From assembly GCA_030141605.1 (NCBI GenBank), contig JAQGDQ010000467.1:114579-178578 (forward strand): a DNA stretch of 64,000 nt. The letters are read 5' to 3'. This document shows positions 25,101-36,900 of this stretch, one piece after another. Each line of letters starts with the position of its first letter. Position 1 is the stretch's first letter. The notes under the pieces are model-generated. The model was not told the origin of the DNA. It did no database searches and saw only the letters and a program-made list of their open reading frames with translations. Both the position numbers and the translations under genes were made by a program. The stretch is from Tubiluchus corallicola. Taxonomy: Eukaryota; Animalia; Priapulida.

Positions 25101-26594
25101 GCAGCACCTAATTACAATGTACAATTCCAACTTCCACACGAGTCATTTGAAGAAGTGGGAAAGGTCATCGTGTATTGCATTAGGGACATCTGTTTTGGCA
25201 TAATTGAATTTTTTAATTATGCCTGCATTTTTTGAAGATGCTGTCTGTTGTTTTGACAAGCAAAAATGTCTCTTTTTCAGACGATACATAGACATTTCAC
25301 ATAATGATTTAGACCAGTAAAATTCGTGTAATCACAACACAGTTTATGCACACATGATATGTTCGAATCCAAGTGGTTGTTACTCGTGTCACTACTCGAG
25401 TGAAAATTGAACCAAATTTCGGGAACAGGGTTAAGAACAGTGGCGGCTTGTGTATAGGCACTGCGAAACTGCAGCACCTCCTATTTTCACTCGATATTAT
25501 CGCCTATTTTCAACATAATGAGTCTTTTTTCTTTAATTCTTTCTTTATACTTATACTTTATACTTATACTTGTTCTTGTACAGAACCAAAGCACGTGACG
25601 GCACTGTGCGATTCACAGCTCCAGCAACATGATGTTTGGCTGTTGTGCGCATGCGACCATCCGCACATGTTTTAGTTAAGATACGTCAGATAGAGAGAAA
25701 ACATGTAGTGTTGACCTAGAAGAAAATTATTAATCTTTTCATGCAAAGTAAAACAAGAAGAATAAAGTTTATTTCATCGTCATCATCTCATCATCATCAT
25801 CATTCTCATCCTCATCCTCACCCTCCTCTTCATCATCATCTCATCATCATCATCATCCTCATTCTCATCATCATCCTCACCCTCCTCCTTATGATAAACA
25901 GAAAAGTGTTTATTAAACTACAGAAAATATGAGTAGCAAAACTGCTGCACTGAACATTGAGCAAAAACTAGAAAGCAAAAAACAGTCAGTAAAACCTGTT
26001 TCACAGTCAGTATACAGGTATAGGACTTGACCTATGCAGATTTGCACAGGCTTCACAACAACCATTACTTTTAAATAGGGAGAGGGCTAGTGTGTATGCA
26101 TTCACTGGACCATACAATTAAACTGAGGGTAAGTCAGCTGGTAGAATGTAACAGGATCAGCCCATAGATGGCAGCACCTAATTACAATGTACAATTCCAA
26201 ATTCCACAGGCCTTGCTTCATCATCACACTGCTAATGCCAATTGAACGAACTGAGCTGAGAATTGCACTGGAAGGGGCTTTGATGCAACTTTAAAACAGA
26301 GACATGAATCAAAACAGTCACATGCGGGCCCCTATCTAAATCCTTTTTCAGCAGTCGCTGCAAAGGAGCTTTAAATGTATATGTTATGATCAGACTCAAA
26401 ACACAGAACGGATAATCTAGGAAACACAATTAAAATTGTATTTTTGTATTTTCGCAGATAATCCATTCATATGCGATTGCGATTTGGCGTGGACCAAGTC
26501 TAGAAACTGGTTGGTTTCTGAGATTGACTGTACAGAGCCACCTAGGAAGCACGGTGTGAATGAGATTACTTTGGACGAGTTTGGGTGTTTTTAA
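9494..26594 (+). CDS. Predicted secreted multi-module LRR protein with mucin-like spacer (6 exons, about 3,320 aa)
   Basis: Exons 9494-10166, 10973-17396, 17991-18905, 20708-21619, 22710-23621, 26458-26594; all introns GT-AG and phase 1; signal peptide-like MFFKNVWIVLILTAISRS; five 8-Cys cap + LRR blocks each completed by (D/G)(N/S)P(F/L)xCxCxLxW...C...C (LRRCT-like) on the next exon; TAA at 26592-26594; no TM segment. Exon 2 has a net frameshift near 14180-14380. Confidence 0.85.
10258..10583. mobile_element. hAT-like MITE family C in intron 1
   Basis: TAGGGGTGAGCAT...ATGCTCACCCCTA; TSD CTGATGAT/CTGATGAC. Confidence 0.85.
10973..17396 (+). CDS. LRR-mucin exon 2 (6.4 kb): LRRCT 1, Thr/Ser/Met/Pro/Glu-rich repeats, 8-Cys cap and LRR block 2
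   Basis: Acceptor TTGTAG|GT; ORFs 10912-14349 and 14405-17416 join across clustered 1-2 bp deletions; donor ACAG|GTGAGT. Confidence 0.8.
17991..18905 (+). CDS. LRR-mucin exon 3 (915 nt): LRRCT, linker, 8-Cys cap, LRR block 3
   Basis: TTTCTAG|ATAATCCA...ACAG|GTACGT; length divisible by 3. Confidence 0.9.
20038..20398. repeat. Tandem repeat, 72-bp unit, 5 copies (intron 3)
   Basis: AATACAATTTTCTTCTCTCATTCAACACGCATTTACTAATATCGC repeats every 72 bp. Confidence 0.95.
20708..21619 (+). CDS. LRR-mucin exon 4 (912 nt): module 4
   Basis: TTTGTAG|ATAATCCA...ACAG|GTAAGT. Confidence 0.9.
22710..23621 (+). CDS. LRR-mucin exon 5 (912 nt): module 5
   Basis: TTCACAG|ATAATCCA...ACAG|GTAAGC. Confidence 0.9.
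23795..24465. repeat. Local tandem duplication of about 315 bp in intron 5
   Basis: AGGTCAAAACACACTACTCTT...AAAACTTGCCTAG at about 23802-24075 and 24116-24433. Confidence 0.85.
24880..25135 (+). repeat. Dispersed repeat family E, unclassified
   Basis: Direct copy at about 25935-26207 and inverted copy at about 37020-37320; shared core GTAAGTCAGCTGGTAGAATGTAACAGGAT...GGCAGCACCTAATTACAATGTACAATTC. Confidence 0.8.
25774..25890. repeat. (CAT/CCT)n low-complexity tract
   Basis: Directly visible trinucleotide repeat. Confidence 0.9.
26458..26594 (+). CDS. LRR-mucin exon 6: terminal LRRCT (absent from the ORF track)
   Basis: TTCGCAG|ATAATCCA; translates (D)NPFICDCDLAWTKSRNWLVSEIDCTEPPRKHGVNEITLDEFGCF*. 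Confidence 0.9.
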
Positions 26595-26690
26595 TTGTTC
26601 AAAGCATTCCATTTGACATGACGTCAATGACAAAGTAATGGAAGAGACATTGTAGCCACGCTTTTGAGCAGTTTTTTGAGAGACATTATA

Positions 26691-27079
26691 TAGGCTTTAC
26701 AAGTCAAATGTAGACACAGGAAAGTTCAAATGTGACTTAGGTAAGTCAAATGTAGACATAGCAATTTCAAATGTGTTTTGGTAACTCAAATGTGACTTAG
26801 GTAAGTCAAATGTAGGGATAGGAATTATTAAATTGAGATGAAAGAAGATTAAACTAAACATGCTTAAGCTTTACCACCTATTCACATTTGAGATACCAAT
26901 GTCACATTTGACTTGACATGTGTCTATATTTGATTTACCAAAAGCACTTAAGATTTGTTGAAAATCATTGTTAACACATTTGAACTACCTAAGTCTACAT
27001 TTGAGCTACCAAGACACATTTGAATTACCTAAATCTACATTTGAGTTAACGCAGGTCTACATTTGACATGTAAAACGTA
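26691..27079. mobile_element. MITE with arrays of inverted TCAAATGT/ACATTTGA subrepeats
   Basis: TTTACAAGTCAAATGTAGAC...GTCTACATTTGACATGTAAA; TA-rich flanks; about 100 bp after the stop codon. Confidence 0.65.
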
Positions 27080-27480
27080 TAATATAGGTTAAGTTCAATA
27101 AATCAAGAAAGCGAACGTTGGCGATGTATACAACCCTTAAAAGTTAGACCAACAGGTTAATCTATAAGTACAGGAACTTAACAAACTGACAACTGAGCCA
27201 GTAAGCTTTCACAAACATGAGTTAAACCATTAATTAATGTTTCAGTGAGTCATAAATTATAAGTAAACCACCAAGTGTAGCTGAACTCAGGCAATGAATC
27301 GGCTTCCGGGTCCAATTGTTGCCATTCAACTTTTCTAATAAACCAGGCACCTGATTGCCCGCCCCACTGAGTTGAACAAATTTCAATAATCTTACTATTT
27401 TGTCACGTATGTCATCTAAAATCATGTAAAGCGTTTCAATACCAAATCTGTATGAACGAAAGTGCAGATAACGTCATCAC

Positions 27481-27912
27481 TAGGGGTGAGCATCGAACGT
27501 TCGAGTTCGAACATTCGAATCGAAATCGAACGCTCGAATTCGATTCGAACGAGGTTTTTAGGTCGAACTCGATTCAAATCCAAAACTATAGATTCGAATA
27601 ATTCAGCACTTCAATCACATATGTTCCTGATCATTAAAACGATTGAAGCATCATGCAATTAGCATAATTTAGCTGTGATTTCTGCGCACAACAAATTACT
27701 AGTCGTTTTATTGCAGAACAAAATCTAGTGATATGCATGATCTTTGCAAGACTAATTTTTACTGGGGGTTCGAAAACTTGTTCGAAAATCGTTCAATCTC
27801 ATTTCGAATTCTGTTCGAATTCGAAACACTGAAGTTCGGTTCGATTCGAATTCGAAAGTCACAAATTCGGTTCGTTTCGAATTCGCTTTCTGGTAGAAAA
27901 TGTTCACCCCTA
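27481..27912. mobile_element. hAT-like MITE family C
   Basis: TAGGGGTGAGCAT...ATGTTCACCCCTA; perfect 8-bp TSD GTCATCAC. Confidence 0.92.
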
Positions 27913-28724
27913 GTCATCACTGCCCTGGCTTGGCGTGCGATTTAGACCTAAAATTTTTGGAGCAAATGGCTGGCTTCCTATTGTTCCATAATACATTTCG
28001 TCACATTTTATGGCTTTGCTTGTAAGTTACGTATCATATTTTTTTGATTTTGTGAAATGGATTGATGACACTGGCGACACAATTTGACGACTTTGCATAC
28101 CGGAAGATCACTTATCGTATCACCAAATGAAAGCCCACATACAACTTCGCATTCGTCGTAATACAAAAGTAGTCAAGTACATTGTAGTCACCTTACATAA
28201 TACTTCAAAGTGCAGGCCTTTTTTTGATCTTTTCGGCGGGCCAAAATATGAATTTTTATAACAAAAATGTCCGAAACGCTCTTACATTGGCCTAAAAGAT
28301 GATTCCTGAGAGTTTGGTAGCTGTATCTAGTCAGTGCACTTTTTTACCTAATAGCCTATGGCCGTAAACTACAAAACATCTACCTGGAATGCACGAATGT
28401 AAGCATGAAAAATAACAGTATAAATGCATCTTAAAACATACAACAAAGATTAAACAGACAACTGCCTGATCCTAAGCAACACGACTCTTCTAAGCCAACT
28501 GATAACACTTACCAATTTTTCTACGTATATATTATACAGCATAAATTATACCGTTGTGATTCTAAATTTGAAATTATATTTGTATTTTTATATTTTTACT
28601 GTGATACCATGCACACGTTTCGCTTCTATTATTCTTCTTACACTGAGTATTATTTTCGTACAAAATACAAAATTTTTTTTATAACGCACTTGCAAAGTTA
28701 TTTTCAGTTAGAGTAAAATTAATT

Positions 28725-29048
28725 TGGTTGTATAGTGGATAGTGCGTTGTATTGGTTGTGTGTAGCTGTTTATTGGTGCTTGAGGAATGGCAAAGCTATG
28801 AAAAGTCTGATTATAAAATGACACGTTTATTAAACATCAACACAATAAATATAATAGATAACAATGCCAAAGGCCCCTGATCTAACGGTCAGTATGCTCC
28901 GGCTCCCAGTTTTGATTTGAGACTAATTTCTTCAGCTGGAGGCCCGCCTTATATATCGTGCGCGGTGTCCAGCTGCCTCAATTCCTAGATCACGTAATCA
29001 CGTGACACCACTCCTTAACTGGCTTCATCATACCAGCATCCATCAACA
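28725..29048 (-). mobile_element. Possible solo LTR
   Basis: TG...CA ends (TGGTTG...TCAACA) with TAATT on both flanks; TATATAA followed by AATAAA on the minus strand. Confidence 0.4.
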
Positions 29049-29755
29049 TAATTATTTATCATAATCTACTGCTTTTCACATAATTTAACAGGTTCTCTTT
29101 ACTGTTCGTGCTCAACTGCGAATGGTCATAATAGTGCTTTTCGGGGTCCAGTCTTGTTGTCCGGCTATGCCCTATGTCCATGTACGCAGAGCCAGATAAA
29201 GGGGGGGGGGCAATTATTTTTAATGTTTTGCAGCCAAAGGCATGATAGCCCGTTCGTACTTCGGAAATTTAATGAGCTCAACTCTATGGAAAATTTGAAC
29301 TCTATAATAATAACTGTTCGTACTTTGAATTTGATAATTTATATGTTTTGTGCCTGTGATTTTAGAGCATAATTCAGATGACGCTATATTGCCAATTTTC
29401 AGAACGCCTGTCTGACTGGTATGCACAGTACCTACCAGCACGTACAGCATAATAGGCTTTATGATCTGTTTTAAATTTGTGGGCAATTTTGGCAAATAAA
29501 GACTTTTATTTTATTATTTTAAACAAGCATGTATTTTTATGTCTTTTTTGCAAGCCTGCGCTTCAAGTATCAGAAGTGTTCAAGTAAAATATGAACGCGA
29601 ATTTTCTTGAAAGTTCTGTGAATAAATACAAGCGCTTTTCCTGGAAGTCGTGGGCCTGTTAGAGTTACTTGTTTTGAGCAAGTCCAACTTTCGTTCTTGC
29701 AGGTGTGAAACATGAAAATTTTTACGGTACCTAATTCAGCTGATTATCTCAAATT

Positions 29756-30182
29756 GACAAGACAAGACAAGACAGGACAGGACAGGACAGGACAGGACAG
29801 GACAGGACAGGACAGGACAGGACAGGACAGGACAGGACAGGACAGGACAGGACAAGACAAGACAAGACACGACAGGACACGACACGACACGACAAGACAA
29901 GACAAGACAAAACAAGACAAGGCAAGACAAGACAAGACAAGACACGACAAGACAGGACAGGACAGGACAGGACACGACAAGACAAGACACGACAAGACAA
30001 GGCACGACAAGACAAGACAAGATACGACAAGACAGGACAGGACAGGACAGGACAGGACAGGACAGGACAGGACAGGACAAGACAAGACACGACAAGACAA
30101 GACAAGACAAGACAAGACAAGACAAGACAAGACAAGACAAGACAAGACAAGACAAGACAAGACAAGGCAAGGCAAGATAAGA
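29756..30182. repeat. (GACAA/GACAG/GACAC)n pentamer microsatellite
   Basis: Directly visible; adjoins TTTATTT and the hairpin at 30305-30348. Confidence 0.95.
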
Positions 30183-31465
30183 TATATTTATTTATGTCCT
30201 GCAAGTTTAACGATACACAGAAACCTTCAGATATTTTTAACTTCAGTACAATGAAAATTATTTTGTAGTGTCGAAGGAAATACAAGTACAATTTAGTATG
30301 GAGAAAGGGTGGCGAACGACCATACTGTCAACTAAGTCAGCCACCCTTGTGTTAGAAATTCTGTAGTTTTTATACATAGTTGGATAAGCTAATGGTTGTG
30401 AAATTTATTTCTAAAAATTCATAAAGATGCTAGACACTTGGACACGGTAAAATAATGATAGTTTTACAATTCGAGAACTGCAAAATAAATAAAAGTACAG
30501 TTAAAAGTCAACAAAACTAGTGTAAAACCGGAATTAATTGACGTAATATAAATTGAAGAAACTAAAGCAGCAGGCACATTTAAATGCAACAATTATGGAA
30601 ATCAATACATGCATGAAGGTTCAAAATTGTGCAATAAACTATGAACAAAACAATATCACATTAAATGAAAAAAACTGAAAATAACCTGATGAAAACTGAA
30701 CTTTTAAAAGCAAAAAAGAAACAAATAAAAACACGTGCAATTAATATTTAAGCAAAACAAAAAAAAAACGTAAATTCTCATAAACAAAAAAAGGAACACA
30801 AATTTCTGAAAATAATTATGCTTACGTCAAGTAGGGGAGACCCGGGTAAAGTGGATCACTTAAGGGCTTTCACTCATAGAGTTCAAGACTTTTGATCTGT
30901 AACAATCAACTACATGCCCTGTTCTTCCGTAGGAAACTCTGCTATATTCGTGTGGTAAAAACTTCTAATTACTATTACTCGTTTAACAGATAATTCCCAA
31001 ATAAGAAACCAAAATTTCTAGGGCAAAGTGGATGTTTTACGGGCATAGTGGATCATACCGGAGCGGTTGAGCTCAACATAACTAACAATATCTTTTAAAT
31101 GGATTTTTTGTCTATTTTGCAAAAGTAAATTGATATGAAGCAGCAATGAACCATCCATCATATGTAAAAACGGTAGCGAATAAATCTGCACTAAGTGGAA
31201 CAACTATAGAACAACAGTATTCGTCATCGTATATGCCTTGTTAGCATACGTATCCAACAGCTACATATAACAAGCGACTGTCATCAAGTAGGCCTAATAA
31301 AACAAAGACAGACGCCAACTAATATTCCTATTAACCTTGCCTGTGTTGGGTTTCATCAAGTTATTTAGTTCAGGATTGTGCTGAAACCAGAAAACATATA
31401 GGATATACGCCTATGTCTGACGCCTCGTGGAATACATAGTCTTACCTATTAATGATATCAAATCA

Positions 31466-32318
31466 GAATTAACAAAAAATTTTCATACCAACTTTAACGA
31501 GAAGAAATGTGAAAAAGTTGGGATACAGCCTGGATTTGTTCTAACTAAGTAACATATTTTTTATTTTGATTCATGTTTAACTAGAAATTCCACGAGTGAT
31601 TAATTAATTATCTAGTTGTCAATTTCTGACTGCGTTGACCACAGGGAGGTGTGGTGACGTGGAGATTTATGTGCGTTGGCAAAGTAAGCAGACAGTGCCT
31701 TGTTCAAATCCAAGGCTGGTTATATCCAAATGTTTTCACACTTCCCGCCTATCAAATTTGGTATGAAAATTTAATTATTCGTGGGTCTGTAACATCATTA
31801 ATGGTCTTGACAATATTATGATGATTAACAGGCCAATCTTGTGGTGTGATGACACTTAACCCTTTCAGTCCCAAATTATTTTTTTAATAAGGAAAATTTT
31901 TGGCTTGGTACTTTTGTTCAGTATGTCCATCTTGTCTGCGCATAATAATTATTTTTTTCTACCTGTGCCCGCGTGCTAAATATAGCCTGTGTGCCACGGG
32001 ATACATTGGGATTCAATGGAAGCATAAAATGTGCTTCATTTTGCAACTGCTGATAATTTTTTAAAGTATTTAAGACATTTAGTATGCACGCTATGCTGAT
32101 CTGTACAAAGTCATCTCTAAAGTACTGTACCTTGCGCAGTTTTTTTATGCTATGTAGATTTTCTAGTTTGCCATCTTATCACCATTTTTAGTCTATTGTT
32201 ATTGGCTTAAATCAAAATAACTATTAACAGATCAAATAACTGCCAGTTTTAAAATTTTATTAATTTTAAAGGCAGAAAATATTCTCGTATCCCACGGGAT
32301 ACAACGGGTATGAAAGGG
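31466..32318 (-). mobile_element. Inverted copy of composite 567-1417 (MITE B at 31860-32318 plus about 390 bp of adjoining DNA)
   Basis: Reverse complement aligns continuously with 567-1417; TTAA at 31856-31859 and 32319-32322. Confidence 0.9.
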
Positions 32319-32975
32319 TTAAGTTCGTCGGTGGCACATGAGTTCGGATATTCGTGAATCCTATCAGCCCAATCCTATAGTAGGTGGTGCTTCCGACCAT
32401 CCACTCAAAATTTTCTCTGCACATGTCAAGAACTGTATCATATTTTAGTGAAGGAAAATCTGCAATAGAATAGTTAGGCTAGCATACTTACCATGAATAA
32501 AGACAACCAAAAATTGTCGTTGGATGACGAAAGATCGTGTGTGTCAATAACTAGCCATGTCTCCATCAATTACGAAGCAAAAAGAGAAAAAATGAAACAT
32601 CAGAATTCTCAGGTAAATCGATAAAATTTTTATTACTATCATAATTATACACTTGGCAAGGAAATGAGTAGCCTATAGTATGTCTAGTGCGTCAAAGTTA
32701 ACACTATGAAGCATCTTTATAGTCAGTCGTTAAGTTTACTTAGGTCCATGACTAGATTTTTTATTGGAGTGTTATTATAAGCAACACAAGTACAAATGTG
32801 CAGCTACTGTAACGATATAAAATAATTATCATGAAATAAATTTACAATGTTATTAGGTATGTCGTCCAGCGTAACTGCATAATGATGAATAGGCTGTCCA
32901 AGATTATTATTACACTAAATAAGGAGTTAAGAGGTAAAATTACATTAAAATAATTGTAACAATAGGCCTGTAATT

Positions 32976-33250
32976 AGATGAGATGAGATGAGATGAGATG
33001 AGGTGAGGTGAGGTGAGGTGAGATGAGGCGAGGCGAGGCGAGGCGAGGCGAGATGAGGTGAGATGAGATGAGGTGAGATGAGGTGAGATGACATGAGGTG
33101 AAGTGAGTTGAAATGAGATGTGATAAGATGAGAGGAGATGAGATGAGATGCGATGCGATGAGTTGGGGTGGGGTGGGATGAGATGAGGTGCGGTGAGATA
33201 CGATATTATACGATAAGGCAAGGCAAGGTAAGATAATATAATAAGATAAG
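32976..33250. repeat. (GAGAT/GAGGT/GAGGC)n pentamer microsatellite
   Basis: Directly visible. Confidence 0.95.
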
Positions 33251-33986
33251 AATTTATTCTGCCTCACGGTAATCATTCATCACAATTTAATTCATTGAGG
33301 TTCGACATTAAAATATGCGCCATTATATAGATTATATAAATGACTGCTAGTGTTTTATTCACTGCAGTGGAAAAGTTGCAGTTTCTTTAATGAAAAGTGA
33401 TAAAAATTTGTTAAACATTGTGGGATTTATGACCAGTTTAAGTTGTTTATAATATTATTACTTTTGTGATTACTTGCATAATTATTATTGTTACTATAAG
33501 CTCATCTATTATTATGATTTTCAAATTATTTTGTACTAAAAAGAGAATAAGAAAATGTATGAAATATTCTTATTTTAACATGTTATTAATTGGATTACTG
33601 ACATTGGATTAACATTCTAACATGTTATTAATTGGATATGGTTATTAAATTGATAGCTTATGTACTTACCTGACGGTACGTTCCAAGTTTTCCTGCTCTG
33701 GAAACAGTCCTACATAATTATAAATATATCGACACACCCTTTTTCTTAATAATAAAACTGTATTTGTACTCAAGACATACTACTTAAGGCAGTCCTGCTA
33801 ATAGGGTATATGCTCATGAAAATAAATAATTGTTGTCGTTTTGGTTGATGTTACAAGTAAAATTGATTATTTTCTATAATTTTAAGACTTTTATTTAATG
33901 CGAAACGTCGCTCGTGTAACACAACATCCTGACCCCTCAGAACCGCCAGTCGGCTGTGGCTCGCCCTTACGGTTCATTTTTGCAAA

Positions 33987-36900
33987 ATGGCATCTGAGTA
34001 TGACGAACCCATTTCTGATCAGGAAAAAGTGAGTTTCAAAGTATTTTCCCTGTGCAATTGGTGTTATTATTTAGCGTAGTAAAGTTTAAAACGCCCACAT
34101 GTGCATAAAGTGCAGTTGATTCTTAAAACTTGTTTATGTAAATACTGTAAGCCGTAATTAAGTATGTTTTATGCGAAACCAGTGTCTCACCTTTTATTTC
34201 TGTCCAATCTGTTTGATAACTTATTCATTTGTGTACACTCAGTAGCGACTAATTAAGTAATGTTTTGGGCGCTATTACACTTTCGCACCTCTTAGTTTTT
34301 TCTAGGTTATTACTCGTTTCTAGGCTCGTAGGTCATTAGTCAATTATTCTCACGTCATCAGTGAATGTTTCCAATAATCTCGTGATAATTTAGTCATATA
34401 TTTAGTGTATAATTACCAATAATTACGTTGATTCGTAGTTCTACATCTATACAGTTCGTATCGCCATTATGTTTGTGTGTAGTCACGTGACAAATTTCGT
34501 GCTAGTGTATGCATTATCAGGGCCTAACTTAAAAGGTACGTGACACACTTTTATCTTAACTGCATTTACGAAATAAAGAAAAAACCTTTACTTTTATAAT
34601 TTAATAGTACTACAGTAATAAATAAAATTAATGATAAATAACTGTAGTCGTCTAAAATAATTTCCTCGTATATGCCAGCTTGGGTCTGACTATACAGTGA
34701 AGAAGAAACAAAAAATTCGGGAAGTCTTTTGAAGAAAAGATAATGACTGACACAGGATTGTAATAGCATTTTAGGTTCTTATACTCATTATCACCATCAC
34801 TATTGCACTGTTATTTTTATCATCATCGTCATCGCTACCACTATTCTGATGCCATCATCATTATGCATACATGTACAACTTAGAGTAGCTTATACAATTT
34901 TGGCCCATGAGTACGGGGGGGGGGGGGGGCGGTGATGTAGTGGGAAGCACATTTACAAAGCTGAATGTAATGACAATAATCATGACGACAACGTAACGAC
35001 AAGTCCGTACACACATACATACATAAATACACACATACATACATAAATACGCACACACATACATGTATACATACATACATACACACATGCATATACATAC
35101 GTATAATTATAATAATATTATTAATACATTTTTACCGCACGTGTAATCAAATGTGTACTCAAGTTAAGAATCACAACGTAAGTCCATAGCGCTTCTGAAA
35201 TTTATCAAACCAGCCCTTGCTGGCACTGAATTGGCCTGATCTGGTGGGAGAAGCATTATGTCAATGGTCCTGCTTCATCATCATCCACCAAATAAATACA
35301 CTATTTACTGTAAATGGTAATTTTTTATGATTTATAATATTCTTTTAATGTTAGAATTAATATTTTTAATATTTTTTTATACATTTTGTGATTTTTTTAT
35401 GCAAAATTCATCAAATCTATACATTATTGTACAATACGTACTACGCATGTGCAAAAATACTTTAGACGGAGTACCGCAAAAACCCGCGAAACAGGAAGTC
35501 CGCGATAAACAAACAGCAAAGCAGCGAGGGAACACCGTTATACGATACAAACTCCCGTGGCTGCAACTCATAATAATCATAAATTATGTAAAGAAACTAA
35601 AAATACAGGTTAAGGGCCACATACGTCACTGCGCGAGAGCGATTGCGCATTAGTGGTGTAAACACAGTTATTCACGTGGAGCTTCTTGCGTGTTGGTGAC
35701 GGTAAGTAATATATGATTTTAATCTGGAATTGTAAGGCCTAAAAACCTATAATATTATGGGAATATGGTGTATATTACGCCTGTTGATCCGCTTTCTGGC
35801 CTGCAGGCGTGAAAACAAACAATAGGCCAGAAAGAAGTAGGAGGTGCGAAAGTGTAATAGCGCCATGTTTTGTTATTAATTTTTACATAAAATCAGCTTT
35901 CAGCTTATCAGTAGTGCCTAATGTGAGTGTTCAGAGCATTGTATTTTTATGTAAATAATCGACTGAAAGTAAATTTTTACTTGATCGTTAATGCGACTGA
36001 TGATTCATGTCTAACAGTCTTGTTGGGCAACTGTTTTAGTATTAGTAAAATAATTAACCATGCATACGTTTTGTCAAAGTCGTTTTGGAAATCACAATTC
36101 ATTACTTATGGCCTAAGATCAGTTCAAGATATGCCACTCTATGAAGCACATGCTGCAGAGTGTAGAATTAAGGCGAGTGATTAGTAATTATAAAACTTTT
36201 AATTTTACAATGTCTATACATATTGCCAGTGCTGTATTGGTATGTATCTTAGCCACGTTTAGATACATACATGCTCATTCTACGGGGTAAACAGTCAAGA
36301 TCAGTACGGCAAATGAAACTGCCCAACAACTACTCATATGAAGAACAGGTGTGAGGTGACTTTGCTGTAAATCACATAGTAATGTAGAAAGAAATGTATC
36401 AGTGATCAATGCCTTTGGCTTTCTTTTATAATTTTTAGGTTCGAATAGCATCTGATTTCATTCTGCATGCACCACCAGGAGAGTTCAATGAAGTTTTCAA
36501 TGGTAAGTCTATGTTTATTTAAAAACCGCCATTATCAGTACTTTTCTTTGCAAAACTGTACACTACATAGTCAAAACACAATTTCACGTCTGCAACCCAA
36601 CACCCAATCCCAGTATGCACCGCTGTTTTACCAAAAACACATTAATGATCTTATTGACAGTGGAAAGTAATTTATACTTCTGCTTAGTTAGCGAAGCGTG
36701 TGCTGCAGATGCTTGATTATTATTTAAAATTTTTCAATGTTATCTAAACTTGTTTCAAATGCCTTACCGTTAAAATGGATGTACCTAATGGTCATCACAG
36801 GAGTTTAAATTTACAAATTTCATGCAGTGTTACAGCTAATGTAAGTCCTGTATGCACTAACACAGCATGTAAGTGCTATGAAATTTCAGCTTTGAATTTC

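Noticed and set aside
29712-30291. QDRTG/VLSC repeat ORFs (also MSMS/RHRH at 8671-8931, SHLIS at 32940-33276, LSLS at 47006-47329)
   Set aside because: Translations of simple microsatellites.
30832-31075. Complete DNA transposon starting TAGGGGAGACCCGGG
   Set aside because: Only one terminus-like end with GTGGATCA subrepeats; no partner TIR or TSD found.
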